Positions 1-10,886 of a DNA stretch of 64,000 nucleotides are shown here, one piece after another. Positions within the stretch are counted from its first letter, which is position 1. Every line of letters begins with the position of its first letter. The position numbers and the translations under genes were made by a program. The notes under the pieces were generated by a model. That model did no database searches. It saw only the letters and a list, made by a program, of their open reading frames with translations, and had not been told where the DNA came from. Location: positions 496,001-560,000 of the forward strand of contig JAANOX010000011.1 in assembly GCA_020184695.1 (NCBI GenBank). Direction: 5' to 3'. This stretch comes from Histomonas meleagridis 2922-C6/04-290x. Its lineage: Eukaryota > Protista > Parabasalia.

Positions 1-401
1 TTGAGTGATATATTAAGAGTAACACCAAGTGAATCAAGTGCAATATGATTATCTAATATATAACTAGATGTTGGAACAAATAAAGAAAATTCATTAAATG
101 TATTCATTCCAGAAAGACCGATGCTATTGAAAATGACATCAAGTGTTCCATTTGTGAGATTTGTTGATATTGTAAGTGGGGTTTTGAGTCCGAAATATTC
201 TAAAACTGGGATTAAATCAAAGCTACCTGTTGAATTTGTAAATCTGTTCATAAGAGAATTTATGTTTAATGGACCAGTCATTCCAATAAATTCTGTTAAT
301 AAAAATCTGAGTGCATCAATAATAACGGAGTCACGAAGGTCTGACATGCCGTCGCCTACTTTTGATATTGGGGCAACTGCAATCACCAAAAAAAGGAACA
401 T
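1..401 (-). CDS. 5' part of a secreted/membrane hypothetical protein, running off the window start
   Basis: Manual translation from ATG at 401 gives MFLFLVIAVAPISKVGDGMSDLRDSVIIDALRF...GLSGMNTFNEFSLFVPTSSYILDNHIALDSLGVTLNISL. It is open to base 1 with a hydrophobic N-terminus. It is absent from the ORF track because no stop lies in the window. Confidence 0.65.
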   Translation of the reverse strand, partial: MFLFLVIAVAPISKVGDGMSDLRDSVIIDALRFLLTEFIGMTGPLNINSLMNRFTNSTGSFDLIPVLEYFGLKTPLTISTNLTNGTLDVIFNSIGLSGMNTFNEFSLFVPTSSYILDNHIALDSLGVTLNISL

Positions 402-964
402 TCCTTCTCAGGTAAAATTAAATGTGAAAATATTACACCAATTAGCGTCATTCTGAGTGTCATAAAGTCAGAAATACGAATAATTTTTTTGGGATGAAAA
501 ATTAATTTTTTGAGTCGAAAATTATATACACGAGTATGAATTATTAATTATCTTATAATATTCAGTTCATTTTAGAAAACATGAAACATTATTTTTATCA
601 AGATTTATAAAATAAAAAAAAAATATAAATATATATTTAAAAACATTAGAACATAGGTCAGTGATATGATATTTATAGCTATTAATGTGATTCCATATAT
701 ATATAACAAGATTTTTTTGTTTGAGGTTAAATTTGTTCGTAAGAACTTTTTGAATCAAATAAACGTACAGATCTTTCGAAACAATTATTCGTGTGAAATA
801 TCAAGTAGAACGATTGAATTGAAAACTCCAAATTGAATGAATATTCGTAAAGTATTCAAAAATCATCCATTCAATTTTGTCAGGCCGCAAAAATTCTGGT
901 CGAAAGTTTTTTTTTTAAAATCTCATATGTTTCTATTCTTTTAAACAATTCATAGTTTAAACAT

Positions 965-1621
965 TCATTGAAGATTGTCTTTGATAGCTAGAGCTAGTTT
1001 TCTGATAGAGGGATGGATTGATTCTTTTCTGTTTTCTTTTAATTTGGAAGAATCAATATTAGCTCCTGAAACTTGGACAACACTAATGTTTAAAGCACGT
1101 GAGAGGTTTTCTACATCTGAAGGGCGAATTTGTGCTGATTCAACTCGATCACATCTCGTAATAACAGCAACAGCTCTTTGTGATTCTTGTATGTGTTCTT
1201 GATACCAACCGATAACACGCTGTATAATTGAACGGTTTTCAGATGGGATCACCATTACAATTAATTTTGCTGTGTTAAGTAATGACTCTGCTTGTTCTTG
1301 ACTTGATAAAATTGTTTCATAACAAACATCCCATAAAAAAATATTTTCATATAATATTGATCCTACAGAATCAAGTTCAAGGCTCCAAACTGCTCTATAA
1401 CCATTAATTCCGGATGACGGATTTGGATCTGTTGGATTTGAGCCACAAAGGCGTTGAACAATAGTTGTTGTTCCAATGCCACTTTCAAATGGATAAAAAA
1501 TTACATGATTTACTCCACCATCTTGAGGTAAAGCCGGATTATCGAGAACACCCAAAGGACTTCCATCAATTGCACCTGCAATTCGACTAACTTGTGGAAC
1601 TTTTTTTTGGCGTGGGATCAT
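965..1621 (-). CDS. Divergent Ras/Rab-like small-GTPase-fold protein with degenerate G boxes
   Basis: G1-like ESGIGTTT, G3-like FLWDVCY and G4-like VITRCD at small-GTPase spacing. Confidence 0.55.
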   Translation of the reverse strand: MIPRQKKVPQVSRIAGAIDGSPLGVLDNPALPQDGGVNHVIFYPFESGIGTTTIVQRLCGSNPTDPNPSSGINGYRAVWSLELDSVGSILYENIFLWDVCYETILSSQEQAESLLNTAKLIVMVIPSENRSIIQRVIGWYQEHIQESQRAVAVITRCDRVESAQIRPSDVENLSRALNISVVQVSGANIDSSKLKENRKESIHPSIRKLALAIKDNLQ

Positions 1622-1688
1622 TTCAATGTTGTACGTTTAATATTAAGTTGTTTCAGAAAAATTGGCGGTAAAATAAGAAGGAGTTCCC

Positions 1689-2249
1689 ATGTCGATTTGG
1701 TCAGCAGATATTTGTTCTTCTCTCAGGTCACTCCAGGACTCAACAGGTATTATTCCTCCGTATGATTCGAATTCAGTTCATAAAACAAGAGAAATTATTT
1801 CAAGTATTCTTCAAGAAGTAGCACAAACAGATGAATCATTACAGGTAAGGGCAATCATTTTAAAACAGCATGCAGCACGGTTACAAGAAGGAATTGATCT
1901 TTATCATCGTGCAAGATTACAGAGAATTCTTGAAGTAATGAATAAATCAAGAGCACCGCTTGATCAAGAATCAAGAAAAGCTCTTTCTCCATCAGAAGTT
2001 GAATTTGTTAATTCATATCAACAAAAATTGGCAGCTTTCAAAAGGGAAACTAAGTTTGAAGCCTTTGCCCCATTCAAACCACCGCTTGGACTAAATGCAG
2101 AAGTTAAAGTTTTAAGGGAAGCAGGATCCATATTTGTTGGTGATAGTTTCCTCTCTTTAAATAAGAATGATGTTTTAACATTAAGGACAAATGTTGCCCA
2201 AGAACTTGAACGAAATGGGTTTGTTGAAATTATTGAATATTTAAAATAA
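1689..2249 (+). CDS. PSF1: GINS complex subunit Psf1 (GINS1)
   Basis: IPPYD N-terminus, YHRARLQRI, LSPSEVEFVNSY and C-terminal KPPLGLNAEVKVLREAG...ELERNG match Psf1 architecture. Confidence 0.75.
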   Translation: MSIWSADICSSLRSLQDSTGIIPPYDSNSVHKTREIISSILQEVAQTDESLQVRAIILKQHAARLQEGIDLYHRARLQRILEVMNKSRAPLDQESRKALSPSEVEFVNSYQQKLAAFKRETKFEAFAPFKPPLGLNAEVKVLREAGSIFVGDSFLSLNKNDVLTLRTNVAQELERNGFVEIIEYLK

Positions 2250-2402
2250 ATAATTATACTACGTTATAACTAAGCATATTTTTTCATATGATTTTCATCA
2301 AAAACATAATTTTATTAATGATTTGTTCCATTGTTCGATGTATTCATATTATTTATATAAATCTGATAGTTTAACACTAAAAATTATGACATAGAATTTT
2401 GT

Positions 2403-3128
2403 TTAGAGTTCAGCTGCTTGTTCAAGTGGGAAGACAGGGAATTCTGCAAATATTTGCACATTATCTTTTCCTTCAACCACTTTGTCATGAGGAAGTATCT
2501 TCCTCTTTTCCATCTTGAGCACAGCTTTCTTCCATAACTCAAGTTGATGAGCAAATGTTTCCTCGTTTTTGTATGATACATTGCCAAGAAGTTGTGTCTC
2601 ATACACAGTCATTCCACACCTTGCCATTGAAAATGTATAAAAATACATTAACCCATCAATACTTGTGAGAGAATTTCCATGTGTATAATAAGATTCGCCT
2701 GCGCCAGCAGTAAGAACGAACATTGCCTTCTTTCCATATGTTCCAAGTGTTTCAACCGGTTTGCTATATGCCCAACCTTTAGTCCAAACACGTTCTTGCC
2801 ATGCTTGGAAGCATGATGGAATGCGATAGTACCAAACAGGTGCAAAAACTATGATGTGTGTGCACCATTCTATAAGTTTTTGTTGTTCAATGATTGCTTC
2901 ACAAAGATTTGATGGAGTTTGTGCTGCTGCATAATCAAATGGATCGCCACCCTTATCAAGGAAATCATCTTGTGATGCTGTAACACCAAATCCAACTTTA
3001 ATGAGATCAACAATCTTTACTTCATTTCCAGCTGCTGTAAGAACTTCCTTTGATGCTTCAGCTAGACGATGAGAGTGTGATGTATTCCCAGGGCAAGCAT
3101 TTGCAATGATTAGAAGGTATTTAGGCAT
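2403..3128 (-). CDS. Flavodoxin-fold NAD(P)H:quinone oxidoreductase (Flavodoxin_2/NQO/MdaB-like)
   Basis: LLIIANACPGNTSHS, EQQKLIEWCTHIIVFAPVWYYRIPSCFQAWQERVW and GKKAMFVLTAGA. Confidence 0.85.
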   Translation of the reverse strand: MPKYLLIIANACPGNTSHSHRLAEASKEVLTAAGNEVKIVDLIKVGFGVTASQDDFLDKGGDPFDYAAAQTPSNLCEAIIEQQKLIEWCTHIIVFAPVWYYRIPSCFQAWQERVWTKGWAYSKPVETLGTYGKKAMFVLTAGAGESYYTHGNSLTSIDGLMYFYTFSMARCGMTVYETQLLGNVSYKNEETFAHQLELWKKAVLKMEKRKILPHDKVVEGKDNVQIFAEFPVFPLEQAAEL

Positions 3129-3269
3129 TTTTAAAAGTGAAATGAAATTGTTGAATAAATTGAATGGATGACAATAAAATTTGAATATATGACGATAAAA
3201 TTTGACTCAAAAATCATAGAAAAATTTTTGAGCGCTAAAAAAAATTAAAACCAAATATTTCTATTTTAA

Positions 3270-4064
3270 TTACAATAAATATTCTCCCTGGTCCCAAATA
3301 ACACCAGGCCATCCATATTTTGAATATTTTTGTGTGGGTATAAAATATTCATACCAATGATTTCCAAAAGTCTTAAACAACATCCTGAACCTCTTTTTTG
3401 GATTGTTTTTATCGAATCTATATGCAACTGAAAATGTTTCTAAATTGCCAATTAAAAAACTAAACATTGAATATATTAAGAAAACTCCTAAAATCCCTCC
3501 ATATAAGAGAAGTATAATTGAGAGTACATGGAGGGTTTTATGTTTGTATTTGGGCATTTTATAAATTTCGACTGATGATGGGACGATGGAAAAACAAAAT
3601 AATGCACCGTACCAAAAGCTGAGTATAAATGACTTGAAATTTTTATCTGCTATACAATTGCCAAAAACACCGCAATGATGATCATATCTGAGTTGACATG
3701 TTCCGCATATATCGCAATGTTTTGCATGAGGAGGCTTAGGAAGCATACATTCTGGACAAATCTGAAGATGGCGAAGTGACTCTGGTATAAAGCCATCTTG
3801 AATATCGCTTAATAATTGACGTGATTTAAGAAAGCCTTTAACACTTCCTGCATCATTAGCTGCAGTAGCAATCCAGCACCAAATCCAAAGGCAAAGGAAT
3901 AAAAAGGAAATTATGAAATTCAATGCATATAATATCTTATTATCTGTAACTTCGAATATATGAGGGTAGAAAAAAAAGAAGTCACAAAAGCCAAGCGAAA
4001 GACCGATTCCAAGTATAAATAAAGTTGGAAAATATTTTGTAAAAAATGGTTCTTGTGTTGGCAT
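3270..4064 (-). CDS. DHHC palmitoyltransferase
   Basis: CPECMLPKPPHAKHCDICGTCQLRYDHHCGVFGNCI plus four hydrophobic segments. Confidence 0.95.
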   Translation of the reverse strand: MPTQEPFFTKYFPTLFILGIGLSLGFCDFFFFYPHIFEVTDNKILYALNFIISFLFLCLWIWCWIATAANDAGSVKGFLKSRQLLSDIQDGFIPESLRHLQICPECMLPKPPHAKHCDICGTCQLRYDHHCGVFGNCIADKNFKSFILSFWYGALFCFSIVPSSVEIYKMPKYKHKTLHVLSIILLLYGGILGVFLIYSMFSFLIGNLETFSVAYRFDKNNPKKRFRMLFKTFGNHWYEYFIPTQKYSKYGWPGVIWDQGEYLL

Positions 4065-4259
4065 TACAAGGACATGTTATGTGACATATCTTTCATATAA
4101 TTGTAAAATTCTTCTATTTAATTACATTTTTATTTTTCATATAGAACAATATTTCTTTTCTATTAGATTCAACTACAGTATGACAAATTTCTCATTAAGT
4201 AAATTAAAATAATGAAAAATTAAAAACAATTTATTACAAAAATATATAAAAAATATGTG

Positions 4260-4712
4260 TTACATATCAGATAATACGCTTTCGTTTGTTTCATCATTTA
4301 AAAAACAATATCTGAATAAAGCCATTTGCTCATAATCAGGTGGGATATCAATTATCTCCAAGTTTGAACAAAGTTTATATCCTGATGTTAGAAATGCTCT
4401 ATTGCTTTGGTATGTTTTTAGTCTTTTATTTAACTCTTTTGCATATGCTTTTTTTGCTGCTAAATTTTTTTCCATTTGCTTTTGTTGTTTGTTTCTTTCT
4501 TCTAATTCCTTTTCTACTTGAATGTGAAAGCTTGATTTTGGGAAGTGTTTTGGTGGAGATCTTTTTTTTGGAGAAAATGCAGGTGATGGATTTGAATGAA
4601 TTGCTAATCCGGTAAAATTAATTGATCTTTTATCAACTCTAGAAACAAATGTTCCATAATTACAATGTCGTGTTATTTTTGGATCAGTTATAGTCTTTTC
4701 TGCCTTGAACAT
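4260..4712 (-). CDS. Hypothetical basic/coiled-coil protein
   Basis: 150-aa ATG ORF with protein-like composition; no family recognised. Confidence 0.6.
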   Translation of the reverse strand: MFKAEKTITDPKITRHCNYGTFVSRVDKRSINFTGLAIHSNPSPAFSPKKRSPPKHFPKSSFHIQVEKELEERNKQQKQMEKNLAAKKAYAKELNKRLKTYQSNRAFLTSGYKLCSNLEIIDIPPDYEQMALFRYCFLNDETNESVLSDM

Positions 4713-4849
4713 GAAAATATTTTTAACGTATTCTTTCTAAAATTCCTTAAAAATCCTAGAATTTTTGCATATCATTATGTATAAAACTTTAAAACAACAT
4801 TTGTTTTGCTATATAAATCCAAGGAATTTTGTTTCATAAAAATAATTAT

Positions 4850-5699
4850 TTATTCATATTCTAGTAATGCAGTTCTAATTGCTTGTTCACCTTGAGCTTT
4901 ACGAAGTATGTTCGACATCTTTGGTAAATGCAACATTTGTGCTATGTGAAGTGGTAATTTATAAATAAAATAAGATCACCAAATATAAAAAAATAAACAG
5001 AAAAATCGCCACACAAACATCATTCAAAGAATAGATCAAACCTTAATACTTACATCAGCTTTTTGTTCAATAAGTAGTTCAACAGATTCTATTCGATTCC
5101 ATTTTACAGCAACATGTAATGGTGTCCAATCAAATTTAGGTAAAGATTATTTTCATCTGTTGCATTCACATTTGCTCCTTTATCAATTAGTAAAGATATG
5201 ATATTTGTATAATTCCATAATGCTGCTCTATGTAATGGAGTCCATTAATTATTACAAAAACGCCAAATTTGTTAAAATTACATGAAATATAAAAATGAAA
5301 TAATATCTCTACAATTTGGATCAGCACCTTTTTCTAAAAGAAATTTAACGATTTTATTATTCCCTGTAATTACTGCAAAGTGCAAAGGCGTTCTAAAAAC
5401 ACTAAACCAATTCTTTCATAATTTTTTAAGAAATATCAAAAAATTCAAATGAATATCTAAAATTGAAACATCAGCACCACATTGAACCAAGTATTTTACG
5501 CAATCATCAGATCCCGAAAAAGCTGCTACATGAAGTAAATTTGCCTTTACAATTTTTATTCCATTTTTATCCCATATAAATAAAAAATGAACAAATCTAT
5601 TTTTATATTAGGGTCAATTACTTGAGGTACGACATCGCGTAGAATATCAATTTTTCTTTCTTCACAAGCCTTAAAAGCATTTTCGATATCATTTTCCAT
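4850..5699 (-). CDS. Ankyrin-repeat gene interrupted by five non-canonical intervening sequences (locus A)
   Basis: ATG at 5699, TAA ending 4850. The six coding blocks are stop-free: MENDIENAF...DPNIKI / NLLHVAAFSG...GADVSILD / TPLHFAV...GADPNCRD / TPLHRAAL...GANVNATD / TPLHVAVK...ADVSIKV / LPLHIAQ...LLEYE*. D-to-T spacers are at 5542-5597 (56 nt), 5392-5454 (63), 5242-5304 (63), 5126-5154 (29) and 4958-5038 (81). Confidence 0.8.
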
Positions 5700-5781
5700 A
5701 ATTTAAATACGTTATATAAAACACATCAACCCAAAAGTGTCACACATCAAAACATAATTTTAAAATCAAATTTTTTTTATT

Positions 5782-8700
5782 TTAATCAGTTAATTTTAAT
5801 CTTGGAGCAATGCACATTGACATTAATTCTTGTAAAACTAATTTAAATGCATAAGGCATTTCTACAATTGCGAACTCTGCATTTTCTTTACAGCCTTTAC
5901 AAGATCTTCTTTTTTCAGGAGTTTCAATGGCAATTAACCCACATCTTCTACAAACACAAACAGTATATCTATCTGAATTTTCTAATAATCTATCTCTTAA
6001 TAAAGCTGCCACACCATGAGCTATCAAGCAATCTCTTTCCATTTCACCGAATCTTAAACCACCATTTCTACTTCTACCTTCAAGAGGTTGTCTTAACAAT
6101 TGATTCTTTGGTCCTCTAGCTCTCCCATGAACTTTATCCAAAACCATATGTTTTAATCTTTGATAATAAGTTGGTCCGAAGAATAATTTAGCCCTTAATC
6201 TTTTACCAGTTCTACCATTTGTAAATATTTCATTACCATATCTTTCATAACCCAAACTTTGTAATTCTGAAGCAATTTCTTCCACTTTAACAGTTGAAAA
6301 TGGAGTTGAATCACCTTCAATACCTTTTAATGCTGCGACTTTACCAAGTAAACATTCCATTAATTGACCAATAGTCATTCGAGAAGGTATAGCATGCGGA
6401 TTCATAATAATATCTGGAACTATACCTTCTCTAGTGAAAGGCATATCTTCTTGTCGATAAGTCATACCACAAACACCTTTTTGACCATGACGAGAAGAAA
6501 ACTTATCACCAACTCTTGGAATACGTATAGTTCTTGAACGAACTTTAACTAAATCATCACCATTTAGTTTCCTTGATCTCATAACTAAATCGATGATACC
6601 TTTTTCACCAAGTCTAATTTCAGTTGATTCATCTTTACAAGTATTACCACTTAAATCAGATTTATCTTGAACAGTTTTACCGATAATTATATCTTCACCA
6701 CTAACATGTTTCCCTATAATAGCTATACCATCTTCATCAATATGAGAATGATCTTCATTACGTATAGATCTACAAAAATCAGTTGTAGGGATTCTAAATT
6801 GTTGACCATCAGTAGCAACATCTTTATAAGTTCTATAATAAAATGATCTAAATAATCCTCGATCAATTGAAGATTGATTTAACATTAAAGAATCTTCTTG
6901 ATTATAACCTGTATAACAAGCTATAGCTACACAACAATTAATACCTGCAGGTAATTCTTTAAAATGTAAATATTGCATTGATCGAGTAGTTACAAGAGGT
7001 TTTTGAGGATACCATAAAACATGTGAAGAAGAATCCATTCTAACTTGGAAGTTCGTTGAATATAAACCTAATGCTTGTTTACCCATAGCACATTGATAAG
7101 TATTTCTAGGGCTTTGATTATGATCAGGGAAAGGTATAATTGAACCACAAACACCTAATACTAATGCAGGATGAATTTCACAATGTGTATAAGTCTTAGA
7201 ATAAGCATTAGGTTTAAATGCCTTTTGTAATTTCTTTTGTGTCATTGCAATCATTTGATTTTCTTCTTCATCAATATCAAGATATTCAATGAATCCATGT
7301 GCTAAGAAATCTTCCCAATCATTTAATTGATCCATCATACTATGTTTTAATCGTAATTGATTATCTTCTACAATTAATAATGGTCTAGAAACTCGACCTC
7401 CATCACACCAAATATAAATTTCTTGATCTGCAATATTATGAACAATAGATACATCACTAGAAATATCAATTTGTCTTCTCCTTTCTAATAATTCACGGAC
7501 AATTTCATTAGGTTCTGTATATACTCCATACCATGCACCATTAACAAAAATCTTTGTTGAACGATTAATATGTGCTGTAGTAGCTTCTTCAATACGTCGA
7601 ATACCGATATCATCTAACATATTTGTAATCTTTGCAATTTCATTCTCTCCTCGATCAACAGTAATTGAAGTTAATAATGCGAGATTCTTAACTAATCCAC
7701 ATGCTTGACCTTCTGGTGTTTCGACTGGACATATATACCCCCAATGTGTATTATGTAAGAAACGTGGCTTTGTAAGTTTTGCATCTTTACCAATAGGTGT
7801 ATTAGTTCTTCTTAAGTTAGATAATGTCGCCATATAAGTCAAACGATTTAATGCTTGTGATACACCTACTTTAGCTCCTCCTACTTCACGTCGTGCATTC
7901 CAATTACCAGTTGCTATACAATATTCTAATCCTTTTGTAATGTTTGTACTTCGTTCAGATTCATTAATTTGTTGTGGAATATTAATGTTACTAAAATCTG
8001 CTTTAGCAGAGCGCTTAATATTCTTTCGTAATGTATCACGCATTGATCGAAATAAGTTTGCAAACAAACTCGCAATTAATGGCCCGGCTAAATCCAAACG
8101 CTTATTACTATAATGATCGCGGTCATCTTCATCACGACGTTTTAATGCTGTTTGTATTAATTGATGTGTCATATATCCAATGTAGAACGCTTTCTTGGTG
8201 ATATCCGTTTCCTTTTGCCCTAAATGTGGTAACACATATTGATCCAATATTTCTCGCGCTTTCTTCGATCGACGTTCTTTCTCAACACCTGCAACTGTCG
8301 ATCTCTTACCAATGAAATCTAACGCAATACTTTCGTCATGAATTGATGATGACTCTTCAATCGTAGGACGTAACATATCCATAAATTCGGAATCTTCCAA
8401 ATCATAACAAATGTGTGACAAGATTTCTTCATCAGAAACAATACCAAAAGCTCTGAACAATATCATCAATGGAACTTCTTTCTCCATCTTTGGAAGCTTC
8501 GCATGAATTGGACGATTTGGATTCGATGCAGATGGAGCTAATAACGCGAGTTGGAACTTCTGACTGATGTCTCCGCATATTAATGGCTGCGAACGAATCT
8601 CTGCCAAGTAGTCATACTTAGGTAATGACTTACGAGAATATACAATTGGCTTATTGATAACCATATGCTCTTGTCCGATGATGACTTTCTCGGAGCCTTT

Positions 8701-9264
8701 GATGATGAAGTAACCTCCGGGGTCAAACTCACACTCGTTAAGTGCTGACTCGGAGTTATGAAGATGACAATATTTGGATCGTACCATAACTGGGATTTTC
8801 GCTAGCTGAACTTTGCCATCAACGAATGACTTCTCTGTTGGTTCACTTTCGGGTCCATCGATTGATATGATCGTTGTTTCAATATCACAACATAACGTAA
8901 TCGCATACGTAAGTTGACGCAAACGTGCTGTCATTGGAAACATAAGAGAACTCTCATTCTCGCCAGCCTCTTTACATGTGGGCTGGACGATGTTAATTTC
9001 TCCGAAACGAATGAAAACACGCGATGCAGTCTCCTCGGCTTGGCCTTCAAGGGCACGTAACTTCTCTGTGTCGAGGTCTTTGCTCTTGAACTCGATTTCT
9101 CCGTTATCTGCGATGATTTGATCGATTTGTTGATCAATCAATGATTCATATGATCGTAATTGCTGAGTAACAAGGCCGTTGGATGCGAAAAAGCTACTAG
9201 CGATTTTCCAGATATCGTTTTGTGTAAGTGCGTCGCTATAGGGATCGATGTCATTGAAACTCAT
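5782..9264 (-). CDS. RPB2: DNA-directed RNA polymerase II second-largest subunit
   Basis: GGYFIIKGSEKV, HNTHWGYICPVETPEGQACGLVKNL, GDKFSSRHGQKG, GGLRFGEMERDC and a C-terminal zinc ribbon. Confidence 0.98.
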   Translation of the reverse strand: MSFNDIDPYSDALTQNDIWKIASSFFASNGLVTQQLRSYESLIDQQIDQIIADNGEIEFKSKDLDTEKLRALEGQAEETASRVFIRFGEINIVQPTCKEAGENESSLMFPMTARLRQLTYAITLCCDIETTIISIDGPESEPTEKSFVDGKVQLAKIPVMVRSKYCHLHNSESALNECEFDPGGYFIIKGSEKVIIGQEHMVINKPIVYSRKSLPKYDYLAEIRSQPLICGDISQKFQLALLAPSASNPNRPIHAKLPKMEKEVPLMILFRAFGIVSDEEILSHICYDLEDSEFMDMLRPTIEESSSIHDESIALDFIGKRSTVAGVEKERRSKKAREILDQYVLPHLGQKETDITKKAFYIGYMTHQLIQTALKRRDEDDRDHYSNKRLDLAGPLIASLFANLFRSMRDTLRKNIKRSAKADFSNINIPQQINESERSTNITKGLEYCIATGNWNARREVGGAKVGVSQALNRLTYMATLSNLRRTNTPIGKDAKLTKPRFLHNTHWGYICPVETPEGQACGLVKNLALLTSITVDRGENEIAKITNMLDDIGIRRIEEATTAHINRSTKIFVNGAWYGVYTEPNEIVRELLERRRQIDISSDVSIVHNIADQEIYIWCDGGRVSRPLLIVEDNQLRLKHSMMDQLNDWEDFLAHGFIEYLDIDEEENQMIAMTQKKLQKAFKPNAYSKTYTHCEIHPALVLGVCGSIIPFPDHNQSPRNTYQCAMGKQALGLYSTNFQVRMDSSSHVLWYPQKPLVTTRSMQYLHFKELPAGINCCVAIACYTGYNQEDSLMLNQSSIDRGLFRSFYYRTYKDVATDGQQFRIPTTDFCRSIRNEDHSHIDEDGIAIIGKHVSGEDIIIGKTVQDKSDLSGNTCKDESTEIRLGEKGIIDLVMRSRKLNGDDLVKVRSRTIRIPRVGDKFSSRHGQKGVCGMTYRQEDMPFTREGIVPDIIMNPHAIPSRMTIGQLMECLLGKVAALKGIEGDSTPFSTVKVEEIASELQSLGYERYGNEIFTNGRTGKRLRAKLFFGPTYYQRLKHMVLDKVHGRARGPKNQLLRQPLEGRSRNGGLRFGEMERDCLIAHGVAALLRDRLLENSDRYTVCVCRRCGLIAIETPEKRRSCKGCKENAEFAIVEMPYAFKLVLQELMSMCIAPRLKLTD

Positions 9265-9469
9265 TAACGATTTGGTCCAAATTAACCGCCGAATTTTATT
9301 GACTTTACGAAAAGTGGCACTTTCTGAAAGTTTTTACTTGGTGACAACATTTTTCATATTTTCCACCAAAATTTAATTAGATTTTATATAAGACAAATTT
9401 GTTTTGAAGTTATGGATTTTCTAGAAAAACAAAAAAAAAAAAAAACAATATTTTGATTTATTATTTTAA

Positions 9470-10093
9470 TTAGTAACCTCTACTTTGAACAATTCTGGAA
9501 ATCACATTTAAGTATTGGTTAGGCAAGAAATAGAACTCGTAGGCTTCATCCTTCGTAGCGATACATAATGCAAAGTAATTATTTTCATTAGATTTTATAC
9601 ATCGACATCCCACTATATCACTGTAGAATATCCTTTCGTAGCTGTCACCACATCTTATGAACAGTGCTTCTGTTTCGAAAGACAACAATGCGTCGCCATT
9701 TTTTGTTCTGATATGAAATGGTTCCTTTGGTAATGTTTCGCAATTTACGTTCGAGAAACTTTTGATTGCATCTTTCGGCGGACCCATTTTAAGTATTTCT
9801 TCATCCAATTTTGTTGAAGGAGGAGTGAATACGTAAACTGATGGCGATGACTTCTGTTGATTTGTTGTACAATCCTTAGTTTCGAGGAGAAGAAGTTTTG
9901 CTCCGTTAGGTACATTAAGTGTTGAAAGTTCTTCTGTTGATTTGTTTAATGGCTTCCCCCTGAAAATGATCTTTTGTCGTTGAATAGGAATACGCAAAAG
10001 TTTCGCAATCTCATCCTGAAGGTAACGCACGTCGGCTTTCTCTGGGAGGAGAATGTCGTGTGTCGAACTTTGGAACTTTAAATGCACTTGCAT
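9470..10093 (-). CDS. Ubiquitin-like domain protein with a C-terminal PH-like region
   Basis: N-terminal Ubl fold (LQDEIAKLLRIPIQRQKIIFRGKPL...GAKLLLL). Confidence 0.75.
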   Translation of the reverse strand: MQVHLKFQSSTHDILLPEKADVRYLQDEIAKLLRIPIQRQKIIFRGKPLNKSTEELSTLNVPNGAKLLLLETKDCTTNQQKSSPSVYVFTPPSTKLDEEILKMGPPKDAIKSFSNVNCETLPKEPFHIRTKNGDALLSFETEALFIRCGDSYERIFYSDIVGCRCIKSNENNYFALCIATKDEAYEFYFLPNQYLNVISRIVQSRGY

Positions 10094-10886
10094 GAAAAAA
10101 AAATGAGGAAAATCTTATATGTGGTCACTTCACCCCGCGGCTCAAAAAGTTCGGAGAATTTGTAAACATAAAAATAAACCTCTGAAATTGAAAAAATGAC
10201 CAAAAAACTTCATAATGGAATAAATTTATCTTTGGGTTAAGAATTGGTTTTTTACGACGTGGCATAAGAATACACTTGCGGATTCTGAATGGCGTTTCAT
10301 TGCTTCTTGGGACAGACGATTGATAAACGTCTTCTTTTGTCTCAGGGTTTATGAGATAAATATTTATTAAAATGTTATATTGAATTCTTAATTAATGAAA
10401 AATATTTTTACAAGATAAAAAATAGAACACAAGAGAAGTGACATAAAGGTTTTGATCAAAATTTTCTTGATAAATTAATTGTTTATGAATGAGCTCATAC
10501 AAGACGCCGTCAACCAAATAAACGGTCGTTTCAAATCAGAAAATCAATTTTTTTCATTTTCCACTGAACTAAATTTAAAGAAATATAAATAAATAAGTAT
10601 ACACATACTATTCAATAAAATTATCTAACTAAATTTTGTTATCTTATTTTTTTATGAGCAATCTCCAAAATTTCAAAATGCTTTTTTGGGCTTTAGGATT
10701 AAATACAGAAGTTCAAATTCAATAAATATATAGAACTAATAATAGCCAATATTAAAAGAAATCTATAAGAGGGAAAGTTGGTCGACAGTGTCTTGCTCGG
10801 ACACTGTGATATAAAACACCACTTTAACCTGAAATAAACGGTTGTGGCCTTTTTGAATGGAATAACGTTGATTTCTTTACTAAGAA

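Noticed and set aside
121-456. 111-aa plus-strand ORF
   Set aside because: It is antisense to a better minus-strand ORF (ATG 401, signal peptide) that runs off the window.
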